IMG/VR virus record: IMGVR_UViG_3300013902_000010
Location: 62,001 to 97,567 of that record
DNA: 35,567 bases
Strand: one strand, 5' to 3'
Source of the DNA: an uncultured virus (IMG/VR IMGVR_UViG_3300013902_000010)
Taxonomy: Duplodnaviria; Heunggongvirae; Uroviricota; Caudoviricetes
Part shown: piece after piece, positions 34,751 to 35,567 of the stretch
Layout: each line of letters starts with the position of its first letter
Numbering within the stretch: the stretch's first letter is position 1
Notes under the pieces: generated by a model
What the model was told of the DNA's origin: nothing
What the model saw: only the letters and a program-made list of their open reading frames with translations
Database searches by the model: none
Translations under genes and position numbers: made by a program

Positions 34751-34998
34751 TAATCTCCCTTGTGTCTATCCAGATACTCAATGACAGCCTGGAGAGCGAT
34801 GTCCTTGATAGGCGTACCCGTCTCCATCTTCAAGCGCAATATCTGCATATAGTAATCCATCGGCACGTAGATAGTGATACCATTCTGTGTCTTCTTGCCA
34901 ATTGTCTTGGCAGGCATTACTACTGTGTCAATATCCTCAACTCGCTCTTCTTTGTTAGAATGAGACAAGTTTACATTTATCTCAATATTTTGCTTCAT
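34750..34998 (-). CDS. Ribbon-helix-helix (ParG-like) protein
   Basis: ITIYVP strand followed by helices YYMQILRLKMETG and IKDIALQAVIEYLD. Lies downstream of parA. Confidence 0.65.
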   Translation of the reverse strand: MKQNIEINVNLSHSNKEERVEDIDTVVMPAKTIGKKTQNGITIYVPMDYYMQILRLKMETGTPIKDIALQAVIEYLDRHKGD

Positions 34999-35013
34999 AG
35001 CGATTCTCCTTAT

Positions 35014-35388
35014 TTACATAACCTTGTTTCTTTCTACGAACTCATGTATCGCTTGCAAGGCAAGTTCTTTGATATAGTCTTCCAATGGAACATTTACTAC
35101 GATTCCATTAGTAGCCTTACTCACCTTTGCCTCTTCAATTACCTTGTTAAAGTCGCCTGATTTTTTTGTTTTTGGCTTGGCGGTCTTTACAGGTGTTGGC
35201 TGCTCTGCTGCCACGACGGTATTCTCCTCGTGCCCCTGCGAAACTTCTTCTTGCGCCTCACTATCAGTCATTACGGAAGGCGATGGTGGCACCAATGGAG
35301 TTTTATTCTCGCCGTCACTCTTACCTTCTCTTATCTCGCCAGCAACTTTTGCTACCTTGGATGCCTCAAACTTGAAATTCTTGCTCAT
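35014..35388 (-). CDS. Second RHH-like partition protein, apparently lacking helix 1
   Basis: Disordered N-terminus; C-terminus NGIVVNVPLEDY-IKELALQAIHEFVE is paralogous to the next gene. Confidence 0.55.
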   Translation of the reverse strand: MSKNFKFEASKVAKVAGEIREGKSDGENKTPLVPPSPSVMTDSEAQEEVSQGHEENTVVAAEQPTPVKTAKPKTKKSGDFNKVIEEAKVSKATNGIVVNVPLEDYIKELALQAIHEFVERNKVM

Positions 35389-35450
35389 ATCGTCTAAATC
35401 TATAAATCCATAAAACCAGTGATTAAAATCCCATACCTATAACGAGTCAA

Positions 35451-35567
35451 CTACTCGCTATAGGTATCAATAATCTCTTTGGCAAATGCTGCATAGCTTT
35501 GCGCTGCATCACATTCGGGAGCATACGTAAAGATGTCTTGCATCATCGCCTGGGCTTCCACAATCTT
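35451..35567 (-). CDS. parA: ParA/Soj family ATPase, C-terminal end (partial)
   Basis: KIVEAQAMMQDIFTYAPECDAAQSYAAFAKEIIDTYSE* matches the typical ParA C-terminus. Confidence 0.8.
   Translation of the reverse strand, partial: KIVEAQAMMQDIFTYAPECDAAQSYAAFAKEIIDTYSE

Overview
This window is part of a Bacteroidota (Prevotella-like, judged from TAnnTTTG promoters and protein families) phage-plasmid. Left end: tail and lysis genes transcribed leftwards, and a divergent terminase operon interleaved with DNA-modification genes. Middle: a long leftward early/replication arm with two radical SAM proteins, ASCH, an HU-like protein, tRNA-Thr(UGU), a beta clamp, a primase-helicase-like protein and an exonuclease. 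Right end: a repressor switch and a plasmid replicon (Rep initiator, iterons, ParA, two RHH proteins). Main finding: a circularly permuted C5-cytosine methyltransferase core (motifs IX-X placed before I-VIII, no obvious internal target-recognition domain). It is flanked by 10 overlapping 48-61 aa mini-genes that resemble free-standing target-recognition modules, and an 11th lies about 7.5 kb away. Six of the 11 are out of frame by exactly one base at G6-G8 tracts. By eye, 11 of the 12 G/C runs of 6 or more bases in the window lie in DNA-modification genes. I infer a combinatorial, phase-variable methylation system. Also seen: a phage-specific promoter (TTTGTCC...TAnnTTTG, fixed 25-nt spacer) at four sites, an 8-bp-period centromere-like array, and an ~860 bp candidate structured RNA region. 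All family calls are motif-based; no database searches were run.
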